Positions 39,375 through 49,205 of a stretch of 64,000 bases of DNA are shown here, piece after piece (within the stretch, counting starts at the first letter, position 1; every line of letters begins with the position of its first letter). The notes beneath the pieces were generated by a model. The model saw nothing but the letters and a program-made list of their open reading frames with translations, was not told the origin of the DNA and searched no databases. The stretch lies in IMG/VR virus record IMGVR_UViG_3300034374_009411. One strand, written 5' to 3'. This DNA comes from an uncultured virus (IMG/VR IMGVR_UViG_3300034374_009411) (Duplodnaviria > Heunggongvirae > Uroviricota > Caudoviricetes). The translations under genes were made by a program, and so were the position numbers.

Positions 39375-39425
39375 TTATCCACAGTAATTCATACCTTTTC
39401 CACAGAATACGCAGAGTTTTCCACA
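39375..39425 (+). promoter_or_regulatory. Three DnaA-box 9-mers, candidate replication origin
   Basis: TTATCCACA at 39375, TTTTCCACA at 39396 and 39417; 21-bp period; followed by an AT-rich tract. Confidence 0.7.
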
Positions 39426-39538
39426 GTATGTCAGCAAAAGAACAAACAACACATATACATTTATTTTAACATTTATAAGTTAAAAAAGCATTAAAAACAG
39501 GTAATTTCAGGTTAAATCTGCATATTATCAAATAGAAT

Positions 39539-39733
39539 TTAAAATCCCTTATTCTTCTTACTCACTGGTTCAATCACTTCAATATGACTTAACCATTTTG
39601 ACTCAGTAATAAACCAATGATTCTGAGTATCCTCCCAGTTATCAAAAACAACTTTTTTTCCATTCTGATGAATTACCACATAATGATGGCGATCATACGG
39701 AAGATGACTTGTTTGCTCAAATACTTTAGTCAT
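39539..39733 (-). CDS. Hypothetical protein
   Basis: 64 aa; PYDRHHY motif, C-terminal KGF. Confidence 0.75.
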   Translation of the reverse strand: MTKVFEQTSHLPYDRHHYVVIHQNGKKVVFDNWEDTQNHWFITESKWLSHIEVIEPVSKKNKGF

Positions 39734-39738
39734 AACAA

Positions 39739-40749
39739 TTAAACAGTTACAATGTTTGCCGATGCAGTGCCAATCTTCAATGCAGTCTCAGAGAATGCAG
39801 AGATTGCTGGTGCAGTAATTGGTTTTAAGATTAAAATCTCTCTACAGTATAATAAGACAAACCAATCAAGCATTTGGTATAGCATCTTATACTTCTTTGG
39901 TTTCTTTAGAATCTCATCACCATAATATCTTACAAAAATTTCTTTCACCTCGTCTATTATATCATGGCGCGTAACTACTCGTCCAGGTAGAACACTCTTC
40001 CAATATTTGAGATAATATTTTTCTGGTAAATCAGTAGAGACATAAAACACTGTATCATGAGAGTATTTCTTCATCTCTTGAAGATACACATCATCTGGTA
40101 TATACTTCCATGTATCAGATGTTGACTTCCATGGACAATACTTTATAAAATCTTCCTTTTGACTTGGAGTTAAATGATTTAAATCATCCTCTGTCCAGTT
40201 GATACCATAATATCTTCTAACATGTACTCCAACATACTTCTTAAATACATTCTCTAAATCAACACGAAGACCATCATAATGTAATGTAATTAATGATAAT
40301 GGATTCTTTCCATAAGGATAATAACCTGTTCCTATTGGCGCACTGTTGATGAACATTAAATCACTTAACTCATATGATGCAAATTCACGATTTAATAACC
40401 GATTAAACATTCCATTATCAACATGCCTAAAATGACCAATTCCAGTGAGGAACTTCTCTTTACTCATAAAATATGTTTTGGGGAATTTTAAAAAATATGT
40501 CTCTGGATATTGATCTAAACAATAAACAATCTTATAATTCCATCCAGTAAATCGACCAATTAAAAATCCATGATGCCAAAAGTGTAAACGACTTCCAAAT
40601 CCTGTATCTTGTATATCATTCTGATTATGAGATTCTAAATTGCTAAATGGTGAATTTTGACAATTATAAAATGAATAATTAGGAATCTTCCATGCTTCTG
40701 GCATACCAGAGAATTGATATAACTCCATTAAAAATCGAATCTGTTTCAT
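39739..40749 (-). CDS. Fucosyltransferase-superfamily (GT-B) protein
   Basis: GFGSRL, VGVHVRR, FYVSTD, DWFVL, SAFS motifs. Confidence 0.65.
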   Translation of the reverse strand: MKQIRFLMELYQFSGMPEAWKIPNYSFYNCQNSPFSNLESHNQNDIQDTGFGSRLHFWHHGFLIGRFTGWNYKIVYCLDQYPETYFLKFPKTYFMSKEKFLTGIGHFRHVDNGMFNRLLNREFASYELSDLMFINSAPIGTGYYPYGKNPLSLITLHYDGLRVDLENVFKKYVGVHVRRYYGINWTEDDLNHLTPSQKEDFIKYCPWKSTSDTWKYIPDDVYLQEMKKYSHDTVFYVSTDLPEKYYLKYWKSVLPGRVVTRHDIIDEVKEIFVRYYGDEILKKPKKYKMLYQMLDWFVLLYCREILILKPITAPAISAFSETALKIGTASANIVTV

Positions 40750-40790
40750 TCAATCTATAACTTACCTACTTTTACATTATTTAAGCACAT

Positions 40791-40819
40791 AAAAAAACTT
40801 CCCCATTGAAGAGGAAGTT
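40791..40819 (-). terminator. Probable intrinsic terminator
   Basis: Minus strand AACTTCC...GGAAGTT followed by a T run. Confidence 0.6.
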
Positions 40820-40942
40820 AGGATCAATCTCATCTAATTTGAATTAAAATGATTGCTGCAATCACTAAACATACAACTGCAACATGACTCAATAATCCTA
40901 GATGATGTAAAACCAAAAGAATCGCAAGAGTTAAAATTAAAT

Positions 40943-42231
40943 TCAATTGGACATCACCTTTTCATACAATGAATCAAATGCTTCTGCATCCATGTCATCA
41001 GGTGGATCACCCTCAAACATCCTCATTATCAGTTGCTCTAATACAACTAACTCATCCTCAGTAAAATGAAAGATATACTCATGCGCCATAGTCAAATCGC
41101 TCCTGCCATAATTCAGTAAGTTTTTCACGTACACTCTTGAGCGCACATACTTTGTCTGGATCTTCTTCACGATAGTCGTAAAGTGCATAGTATGCATCCA
41201 ACATTTGAACGACTGAAGAGATAAGAATTTCATGTTCTTCACATGTCATCTCAAGATTCATGTTATCTTCATTCATGCTGCTACCTCCACAACATATGCA
41301 CTCTCCCATACATTATAAAACATATCCCATGCCCATTCATCAGCAACAAAACTCAATAGATCACATTGATCACATACCCAATCATAGGCAGCATCACAAT
41401 CTGCATTGGTGTCTGCTACAAACTCATACAGTTGTGCAATCGTACTGCGGAACTTTGGATCCTCTACATTGCTGATGAAGAACTTACCTTCATCCATCAT
41501 GATGTGCTTACCAGTGATGCTGAATGATTTGGTGTACATGGTGTTTTTTGAAGAAGAGAACGTGTGTCCTGTACAAATGAATTATAGAGTATCGAACAAT
41601 GCTCGCAACTGCTCCTGTGCCACCTTGCTCGGTGGCATACGGTCGAACTTGCTCAACTGATACCCCTCCTTCAATGCTTGCATAATAATGTTGTCATATG
41701 AATGAGAATGAAGAGGAATGTGACGATGATTCAAATAATCCTCACAATCCTCTGCAAGTTCCTCCTTTAACTCATGTGACAGCAAATTTAAATTAATGTT
41801 CATAGTGACAATGATGCCCAACGATCAATGTTACTATTATAATACACATTGATGACATCTGTCACACATTGGTTACATTCTGAATCACTAAATCCCCATT
41901 CACGATGATTCTCATACAAATAATTGTATGCACGCTTCTGAGCAATAATGGGATTGTCGTGGCGATTCAAAATGCACAACAAACGTGTGTTCACACGTTC
42001 AATCACTTTGTCAGGAGTGTCAGTGTAACACTCCCACTCACTGCGCTTGATGACCAGTTGCTTCTCAGATACAATCATGACTCAAAACTCCCGAACAATC
42101 GAAGGCAGTTCTTCAGTGGGGAACTCACTGTCAATGTCCAGATCATTCCAATCCATAAAGTTTTCTTCCATCAACTGCTGAAGTTTCCATTCGTTGTAAC
42201 TGTCAGCACCATCAAACAAAAGAGTTGCCAT
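40943..42231 (-). other. Cluster of six small acidic early ORFs (about 40943..41089, 41079..41276, 41273..41539, 41582..41803, 41800..42078, 42082..42231)
   Basis: Abutting ORFs downstream of the promoter TTGATG-17-TAGATT at about 42274-42302; starts approximate. Confidence 0.7.
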
Positions 42232-42243
42232 GAGAACCTCAAT

Positions 42244-42273
42244 AAAAAAGGTGTGTGGTCTTCCCACACACCT
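42244..42273 (-). terminator. Intrinsic terminator overlapping an early transcription start
   Basis: AGGTGTGTGG-GAAGA-CCACACACCT followed by a T run, immediately 3' of the -10 TAGATT. Confidence 0.75.
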
Positions 42274-42331
42274 AATCTACATGCCACTCTCAACCCCATC
42301 AACCAGTGCTGTGACACCTGATCAACTGTCC

Positions 42332-43435
42332 TTATTGTACAACCGTAATTGTTCGATCATCTGGATTCTCAACTGGATAATAATGATCTTGCCCCACAAT
42401 TACCCCACAACCACTAAGTGTTTGATTAAAACCATTAAGATCTCTAAGAACATTTGGAATATCATCCTCTGGATGTCCTTGCATCCAGTACATTGGATAA
42501 ATCACCTTTGTTGGATTTCCTAAAACTGTCGCCCACAAACTGTATGTACTATTACCCATAATAATATACTCACACATTGACATTAAACAAAGATCATATG
42601 AATAATTATATTGTCCAGTTACAATCTTAGTTCTTGATGGTTCGTCCAAACTATTTAAAATTTTCTTTAATTCCTCATTCAACTGTTCTTGACTTGGATT
42701 TGTAATATCTACTGAATTTAGATTATTAATTGCAGTATCTAGTAAAAATGCATTATAGTTGAATCGATATGTTCCATCATAATCAAGTACCCTATCAATA
42801 CTTTCCATCGTACTATCAAAACCTTGATTGTTTTGATAAATGTCCTTAATAATGGTAAATCTGGATCTATCATAACTCAAATTATCTAAGATATACTCTG
42901 CTCTTTCTTTATTATTTGAAAATACTAGAACAGGTAGATCTTCTGGTAATTGTGCTAGAGCATTCTCATAATAATCATAATTACATAAAAACATTCCACT
43001 GACAATATCTTCAAAATCACCAGCACGAATGTGCATCGCAATTACTTCACTACCAAATTGATTCTTAAATTCTTCACATTTATTCCTAATGTTCTCTTTA
43101 AAAACTAACTCACTCTTGATTTGATCAAAAATATCAGAGATATAGTTGTTTGGAGTTGGATATACTGATATAGTGTGATCATCAAGAACTCCATTGCAGA
43201 TTGTATCAAATCCAGCATCATCATCAAATTCAAGATAACTTGTCCGTTCTTCAAAATTAGGATCAATGTTTAAAGTCAAATTATCAAATGTATTTCTAAG
43301 TGCCTTTAAATCTGAATTCTTAAGAACCCAATCAAATCCCCTCTTTGTTGAGATAGTTCTCATCATTACATAAGAGGATATTTGATATCCTAATCCTGTC
43401 GCAGAATCGTTAATTTGTTGTTGATAGGTAATCAT
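42332..43435 (-). CDS. Alpha-1,2-fucosyltransferase-like glycosyltransferase (GT11)
   Basis: GLGYQI, AMHIRAGDF, YYENAL, DLCLMSMC..IIMGNSTYSLWA, VIYP..W. Confidence 0.85.
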   Translation of the reverse strand: MITYQQQINDSATGLGYQISSYVMMRTISTKRGFDWVLKNSDLKALRNTFDNLTLNIDPNFEERTSYLEFDDDAGFDTICNGVLDDHTISVYPTPNNYISDIFDQIKSELVFKENIRNKCEEFKNQFGSEVIAMHIRAGDFEDIVSGMFLCNYDYYENALAQLPEDLPVLVFSNNKERAEYILDNLSYDRSRFTIIKDIYQNNQGFDSTMESIDRVLDYDGTYRFNYNAFLLDTAINNLNSVDITNPSQEQLNEELKKILNSLDEPSRTKIVTGQYNYSYDLCLMSMCEYIIMGNSTYSLWATVLGNPTKVIYPMYWMQGHPEDDIPNVLRDLNGFNQTLSGCGVIVGQDHYYPVENPDDRTITVVQ

Positions 43436-43500
43436 GAATCTTGTGTATAAATGTCTCTGTAAGGTGTCTAGAATCGCCTGTAATGCCCTTTAAATATTGT

Positions 43501-43713
43501 TTAGTGTAGTTTATCCATCTCTTCTGCAATTTCCAACAATTCCATAGATCCTTTGTAACTTATGGAATCACAATCTTCAACTAGTTCCTTAATCAAATAT
43601 GCCAGAGACTTTGCTCCTATTTGATCTTTTTTATATGAAGTTACTTTAGTTAAACGAGCGGCATATACTAAAAACTTTCTTTCTAATTCAATTGCTTTAC
43701 TCTTTGCTGACAT
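43501..43713 (-). CDS. Hypothetical protein
   Basis: 70-aa ORF between the two GT11 paralogs. Confidence 0.65.
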   Translation of the reverse strand: MSAKSKAIELERKFLVYAARLTKVTSYKKDQIGAKSLAYLIKELVEDCDSISYKGSMELLEIAEEMDKLH

Positions 43714-43718
43714 GATTT

Positions 43719-44795
43719 CTAATTAATAGTAAAAGAACGATGATCTGGATTATCTACACCTATATATGTCTCTTTATCCATTACCTTACCTTCCTCAACT
43801 CTTGTTTGATCAAATCCTTCCAGATCTCTAACAATTTTCTTTATATTATTTTGCTTCCAATACTTTGGATAAACTACTTTTTTACTGTCTCCAAGTATGG
43901 TTGCCCACATGCTATAATAACTATTTGACATTATGTGATAATCACACATTGACATCAAACACAAATCAAAAGAATAATTATAGAGGTTGTTCTTTACTTT
44001 ATCAACATACTTGGGATGCAACTCTCTCACAAGTTCATCAATCTTCATTTTAATAGACTTTTTATTAATTGCTATGTCATTGGAGGCAAGATTGTCCGAT
44101 GCCATTTTAATTAATGCAGTTTTATAATTATATTTGCACGTTGGATCAGTATCAATCAATCTATCCAATTCTTGTCCAACATCACAATTAATATATTCAT
44201 TGTCATTGAATATATCAACGATTAGTTCAAATCTACTATCAAATAAAAAATAAGGATCATTTAAATGTTGATCCTTATCATTTGTAAACAATAGTACTTT
44301 TACATCTTTTGGTAGTTCTTCCAATGCATATTCATAATAATCTACATTTGCTTCAAATCTAATTGATTTGGCACCCCTTTTGGGAACATGCATCGCAATA
44401 AATTGGTTCTCCTCAAACTTATCTAAAAAGTCTTTACACTTTTGATATACCTCATCCCTAAACTCTAACTCACTAACAATATCATAAAAGTAATTGTCAT
44501 CTTTAAAGATATTAGATGTTAGATTTAAAGATAAAATAGAATTGTCATTTAAGAATCGAACCACATTATCAAACTTATCAACATGATTTAGTTTTAATTC
44601 TTCAAATTCTTTATTACTATCATCAATCTTCACATCAATATTTGAGAATGTATTCTTTAGTGCTAGTAAGTCACCATTATCAATACAATACTCAAATCCA
44701 GTAGTTTTTGATAGAGACTTCATCAATGTGTAGATTGACAACTGATGACCAAGACCAGTTCCATATGTATTATATCTTTGCTTGTACTTGATCAT
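43719..44795 (-). CDS. GT11 paralog with an altered donor-binding motif
   Basis: GLGHQL, AMHVPKRG (not HxRxxD), DLCLMSMCDYHIMSNSYYSMWA. Confidence 0.8.
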   Translation of the reverse strand: MIKYKQRYNTYGTGLGHQLSIYTLMKSLSKTTGFEYCIDNGDLLALKNTFSNIDVKIDDSNKEFEELKLNHVDKFDNVVRFLNDNSILSLNLTSNIFKDDNYFYDIVSELEFRDEVYQKCKDFLDKFEENQFIAMHVPKRGAKSIRFEANVDYYEYALEELPKDVKVLLFTNDKDQHLNDPYFLFDSRFELIVDIFNDNEYINCDVGQELDRLIDTDPTCKYNYKTALIKMASDNLASNDIAINKKSIKMKIDELVRELHPKYVDKVKNNLYNYSFDLCLMSMCDYHIMSNSYYSMWATILGDSKKVVYPKYWKQNNIKKIVRDLEGFDQTRVEEGKVMDKETYIGVDNPDHRSFTIN

Positions 44796-45769
44796 CGTCG
44801 TAAATTGATTTTCTACTTTTTATGTATTTTAATTCATCCCATTGATGTTGATAACATAGAACAAGAACTCTGTCATTCTTATGTAGATTACAATCTATAA
44901 AGTTTTGTTCGTCTTTTGGTTTTACTAACAATTCAATGGTAATGTATTCACTACATTTAAAATAAACCCAACCTTGAACGTATTCATCCCAAATAACGTA
45001 ATCATTTACTTTGGGGGTATAGTTACTCATATGATGTTAAATCTTCCATGAACATCCATTCTATAGCGTCATAACCATCAATCCTAAACTCATCATGCAT
45101 AGAATCTGCATCTACAAGTTTACCTTGATCAATTAGACTAACAATGCGATTCATAAAATGTTCTTCCATTCTCACAATAGAGTCCGCCTGGACTTTATCT
45201 TGATCATATCCTCTTGGGTGAGTATTCATTCAAAAACTCCTGAATTGTTTTCATCTCTTTTACAATCTTTTCCAAATCTTTCTGAAGACTTGAGAGTCTA
45301 TCTTGTTGTGCTTTAATGAATTCGGGGTCATGAATGACAATCATGTAGTAAACTCCTCAACAACTTCAGAGGTAAGTCCTTCCTCTGCTAGCAAAAATGT
45401 AAGAGACTTTTGAATGTTTTCACGAAGATGACCATAAAATTGCTGATTGAATCCTTCATCTTTTTCTGCAATAAGATCGAAGCACTCTTCATCATTTTCA
45501 GCAATCACATTCCAAATTCCACCATATTCAGATTGGGGGAAGGGAATGAAGTGCTCAACAACGTAAAGGAATTTGTCTGCCATTGTTTCTTGTAATTTAC
45601 CTCTTAATTTTAGAACAAATTAAACTGAGTGTCAAGAATCATGCATGGGATGTTCATTCATAAGAATTGCCATCATGAACTCATTGTAGTCTGAAACTTC
45701 ATTGAGATCCTCTTCTTCACAAGATTGGTGCAGAAGAGCAAGACGCTGTTCAAACTCTTGATCAGTCAT
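44770..45769 (-). other. Cluster of small early ORFs (44770..45030, 45023..about 45229, 45341..45583, 45632..45769)
   Basis: Abutting ORFs downstream of TATAAT at 45795-45800. Confidence 0.7.
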
Positions 45770-45839
45770 TAGAATACCTGTTTGGTACATACTCATTATA
45801 GGGGTGGTTCCACCCCCATTGGGGTGGTCGTGTGCCAGT

Positions 45840-46280
45840 TTACAGACCTGTCCAGACCCTGCCACTATCGCACATGTAGTGAAGAAGGTATTTTTCTTCA
45901 TTTCCATGCGCTTCTACCTCATGTGGTGCATCGACACCACCACTGCTACAATCAATCCCTTTGTACACAAGAGAACCCTTTTTGAGTTTAAGACTACCAT
46001 CAACCCACTGCTTCACATGAATCAATTCATGCATGAGAGTGGTTGCATACAAACGTTTATCAAGATTGGATTGAATCTCAATCAAGAAGGTTCTTGGATT
46101 CCGTTCATTGCTCATGATGTCACACCAACCATAAACACCCTCTCGCTTCAATCCACGATGGTGTACTGTGATGTCAATAGTGTGTCGTGGATAAAATGTG
46201 GTAGAGAACCAAGTCAGTATATCTTCACAGAGATACTTTGGATACCCATACCCAGTGGTCTCAAAATAGAGCATGATCAA
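45840..46280 (-). CDS. Putative zinc metallopeptidase (zincin)
   Basis: TLMHELIHVKQ (HExxH) plus downstream PHEVEA. Confidence 0.8.
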   Translation of the reverse strand: MIMLYFETTGYGYPKYLCEDILTWFSTTFYPRHTIDITVHHRGLKREGVYGWCDIMSNERNPRTFLIEIQSNLDKRLYATTLMHELIHVKQWVDGSLKLKKGSLVYKGIDCSSGGVDAPHEVEAHGNEEKYLLHYMCDSGRVWTGL

Positions 46281-46306
46281 ACTGAGGTTCTATCCCATTG
46301 TAGCAT

Positions 46307-47290
46307 CTATCTCAAACCTATGACTTCACATTTTCTAAAGTGATTTGGTCGATTGTTAAGTCTTACTGATGATTGCCCCCATTGAGAGTCTGAGGACAAT
46401 ATAAATTTATAACAATTGCTTAAAGCAAAAAGATCAAACAGATCCCGAACTACTGTTCTTAAAGGAGCATTTACTACATTGGTAGTATTATTCAAATCTA
46501 AAGAATATTCTTCATTAACCAATTCTTCAAATTCATTAACATAATCACTTATACAATACAAATTATCATACCTATTCCTATAATATTGATACAATTCTTC
46601 TGGCAAATCAGTACTCATATACACATTTGAATCAACTTTATCCAAGACACTAAAATATTGTTTATCAGTAATCCAAGGAGGATCTGTTGATATTTTTTCT
46701 CTAAGCATGGTGGGTGTATTCCACAATTTATAATATTCAAGTCTTATTTTTGCATTTGGTAAAGATCTCAATTTTTTATTCCAGTCTTTTTTGGGAACTC
46801 TGACACCATGCCATCTCCTCAAATGAAAACCCACAAAATTATTAAATTTGGTAAAAAATGAGTTTACTTTATCGGATTTAAATTTTATATTCCATAAAGG
46901 ATCCTTAAATTTTTGTGCAAATTGATCATTAATAGCACACATACCAAAGATTCTCCAATATGGATAATGTTTTAAATGATTCCCATAATAATGAAGAGGT
47001 TTCCATTTTATTTTGGAAATCTCTTCAGCATTCATTACAATTGTATTTGGTAAATGTAAAAATTCATATTCCGCCCATTCATAATCAGGTATTACTATGG
47101 TAAGAGAATAATCCTGGGCACATATTGATGCCTGTGCCCAGGCAAATAATCTACTACCCAAACCTAAATCAAAACTATGGGCAGAACAGTTGCCCTCTGT
47201 CAGAATATAACCCACCCTATCCCAAACAATCAATAAACAGCAATATTTATTAATCCATATACAACTCGTGTTCCCCAATGCATGAACCAA
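46307..47290 (-). CDS. Fucosyltransferase-superfamily protein; true start probably near 47216-47237
   Basis: GLGSRL, VGFHLRR, YMSTD, DLFALSNC, SQW; late promoter ATAAATA at about 47244-47250. Confidence 0.65.
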   Translation of the reverse strand: MVHALGNTSCIWINKYCCLLIVWDRVGYILTEGNCSAHSFDLGLGSRLFAWAQASICAQDYSLTIVIPDYEWAEYEFLHLPNTIVMNAEEISKIKWKPLHYYGNHLKHYPYWRIFGMCAINDQFAQKFKDPLWNIKFKSDKVNSFFTKFNNFVGFHLRRWHGVRVPKKDWNKKLRSLPNAKIRLEYYKLWNTPTMLREKISTDPPWITDKQYFSVLDKVDSNVYMSTDLPEELYQYYRNRYDNLYCISDYVNEFEELVNEEYSLDLNNTTNVVNAPLRTVVRDLFDLFALSNCYKFILSSDSQWGQSSVRLNNRPNHFRKCEVIGLR

Positions 47291-47421
47291 ACGAATGATC
47301 CAACAAAGATAAGTTTGTCAATTCTTGTCATGTTTTTTGTGCTCATCTAGATGATTGAACCAAGGAGAAAAAAGTGCTAGCATTGCCCACGCAACACCAG
47401 CACTTATGATAATGAAGTACA

Positions 47422-47862
47422 TCATTTTGCATAGAGATAAGAACCTGCCCAGTCAGCGTGCTCAAACAACCACTCACGTTGCTCAATCAATCGCAGGTCA
47501 TAACGAACACCTTTGGCAGGTGACTTGATGCTGGCAGGTTTATACACTTCACCAGTCTTCTTATCAACAAAAGCATGAACAGATCGAGAACCATTAGCAC
47601 TCATCATGATTTTGTGATACTTACGTCCACTCTCAACAGTGAACTCATAACCACACTGACCATTGCGAAGATCTTGAATGCAGGCAATGTGGTAGTGAGC
47701 GTTCTCACCACGCACCACACTGCGATTATGTGCTTTGATGCTGTAATCAATGTAGTTCTTCAGCAGAGCATCACACAGCATATAGCACCACTTTGTAACA
47801 TTCAGTTGGATGGTGTTGCGGGCATCCTGCTGGGAAGCGTAGTCAGCGAAGGTGGCAGTCAT
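47422..47862 (-). CDS. Conserved-type phage early protein
   Basis: GRKYHKI...SVHAFVDKKTGEVYKPAS..PAKGVRY...DWAGSYLY; TATAAT at 47885-47890. Confidence 0.85.
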   Translation of the reverse strand: MTATFADYASQQDARNTIQLNVTKWCYMLCDALLKNYIDYSIKAHNRSVVRGENAHYHIACIQDLRNGQCGYEFTVESGRKYHKIMMSANGSRSVHAFVDKKTGEVYKPASIKSPAKGVRYDLRLIEQREWLFEHADWAGSYLYAK

Positions 47863-47923
47863 GGGGTTGATTGCGTATGAGACTATTATAAGGGGTCTCC
47901 ATTGGTTTGGAGACCCTCAGTGG

Positions 47924-48349
47924 TCAGTCTTTAAACTGGGCGAACCCAGTTCCAGAGTTCCATCCACCAGGACCACTCTGGAACATCTCAGATCCTCCAC
48001 CAAGTTCAGGCATAGGATCAAGTTGAGTGGTAGTGTTACCACCATTTGTTGCCATTTGATACATCACCTCATGAATGTTATCAACTTCTACAGTAATACT
48101 ATTAGGAGTAGAATTGTTATGATGTTCGACATGAATGTTGTTTTCATGTTGATCAAGGTACTCTTGACCCTTTTCAGTAATGATCGGAGGTTCAAACCAT
48201 GGATCATATGGAGCAATTACAGGTGCAGGAACACCCACATATGGTTCTGGTTCTGGAATTGATTTGAGTTCTGTACAATCAACTACTTTATCGTCGATTG
48301 TACAAGTTACTTCTTCTTTTTTAAAAGGTTTGAGAATCATAAGAATCAA
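47924..48349 (-). CDS. Hypothetical protein
   Basis: ORF on the coding strand; start uncertain. Confidence 0.65.
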   Translation of the reverse strand: MILMILKPFKKEEVTCTIDDKVVDCTELKSIPEPEPYVGVPAPVIAPYDPWFEPPIITEKGQEYLDQHENNIHVEHHNNSTPNSITVEVDNIHEVMYQMATNGGNTTTQLDPMPELGGGSEMFQSGPGGWNSGTGFAQFKD

Positions 48350-48355
48350 AGCAAT

Positions 48356-48529
48356 TTAATTATATCCCATGCCAGTAAGAATGGCACGTCGAGCACCCAT
48401 TGCTACAAACTCATTTGGGAAGGTGCCAATTTTAATCCAATCTTCTTTCCAGTACAATGCCCATTTGGTGCTTCCCCAAACCGCCTTAACTGCGATAGGA
48501 TTGTCAATGCCCAATGGATAGGGTTTCAT
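48356..48529 (-). CDS. Hypothetical peptide (57 aa)
   Basis: Hand translation MKPYPLGIDNPIAVKAVWGSTKWALYWKEDW... Confidence 0.65.
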   Translation of the reverse strand: MKPYPLGIDNPIAVKAVWGSTKWALYWKEDWIKIGTFPNEFVAMGARRAILTGMGYN

Positions 48530-48553
48530 GGTTGTTTTATTGGAACACAGTAA

Positions 48554-48937
48554 TTATACCACAGGATCAGCATTTAGGTAATACCCCTTCCAATCAGCAA
48601 CTCTTATGCATTGATCAATGTCCCATGATAAATTCTTATTTGGATAACCATTTGAGTTTGGTTTATAAACTGTTCCAGTATCACTGTCTATGACAGCATG
48701 TAGAATGTGTCCATCTTCATTATAGTGATAAATTCTATAATATTTTGTTCCTGAAGTATCAAGCAAAAATGAACCCAAATCAAGATTTTTATTGAGTTGC
48801 TTCTTTCTCAATTTAACTTCAAGAGTCTCACCTTCTGCTTGTTCTTTTCTACTCAATATAAACTTAGTTTGATTTCTATAGTGTGAAGTCAATTTCAAAC
48901 AAAGCAGACCAGATTTGTTGAGAACATTTGAGTTCAT
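48554..48937 (-). CDS. Distant paralog of 47422..47862
   Basis: GTKYYRI...HAVIDSDTGTVYKP...ADWKGYYL. Confidence 0.75.
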   Translation of the reverse strand: MNSNVLNKSGLLCLKLTSHYRNQTKFILSRKEQAEGETLEVKLRKKQLNKNLDLGSFLLDTSGTKYYRIYHYNEDGHILHAVIDSDTGTVYKPNSNGYPNKNLSWDIDQCIRVADWKGYYLNADPVV

Positions 48938-48965
48938 TTTCTTTATGCTTTACTGTATGTACTAT

Positions 48966-49187
48966 TTAATCTATAGTTGGTCCCCAAGCACCAGAATCTC
49001 CTGGTTTACGATTCTCAAGTTTATCCAAAAGAGAATCTGTAGTCATGATCGTATCAATTTTACCAATCATATCTGCTATACAAACACATACCATTGGTCG
49101 TTCTTGTCTAGCAGCAAATGCAAGTGCGTTGCGAAGTGATTGATTTGCCTCCTTTAGAGACTCTTCTACAGATTTTGATAATGCCAT
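48966..49187 (-). CDS. Hypothetical protein
   Basis: MALSKSVEESL..A...LRNALAFAARQERP. Confidence 0.8.
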   Translation of the reverse strand: MALSKSVEESLKEANQSLRNALAFAARQERPMVCVCIADMIGKIDTIMTTDSLLDKLENRKPGDSGAWGPTID

Positions 49188-49205
49188 AATAATTAAGTAA
49201 TAATT

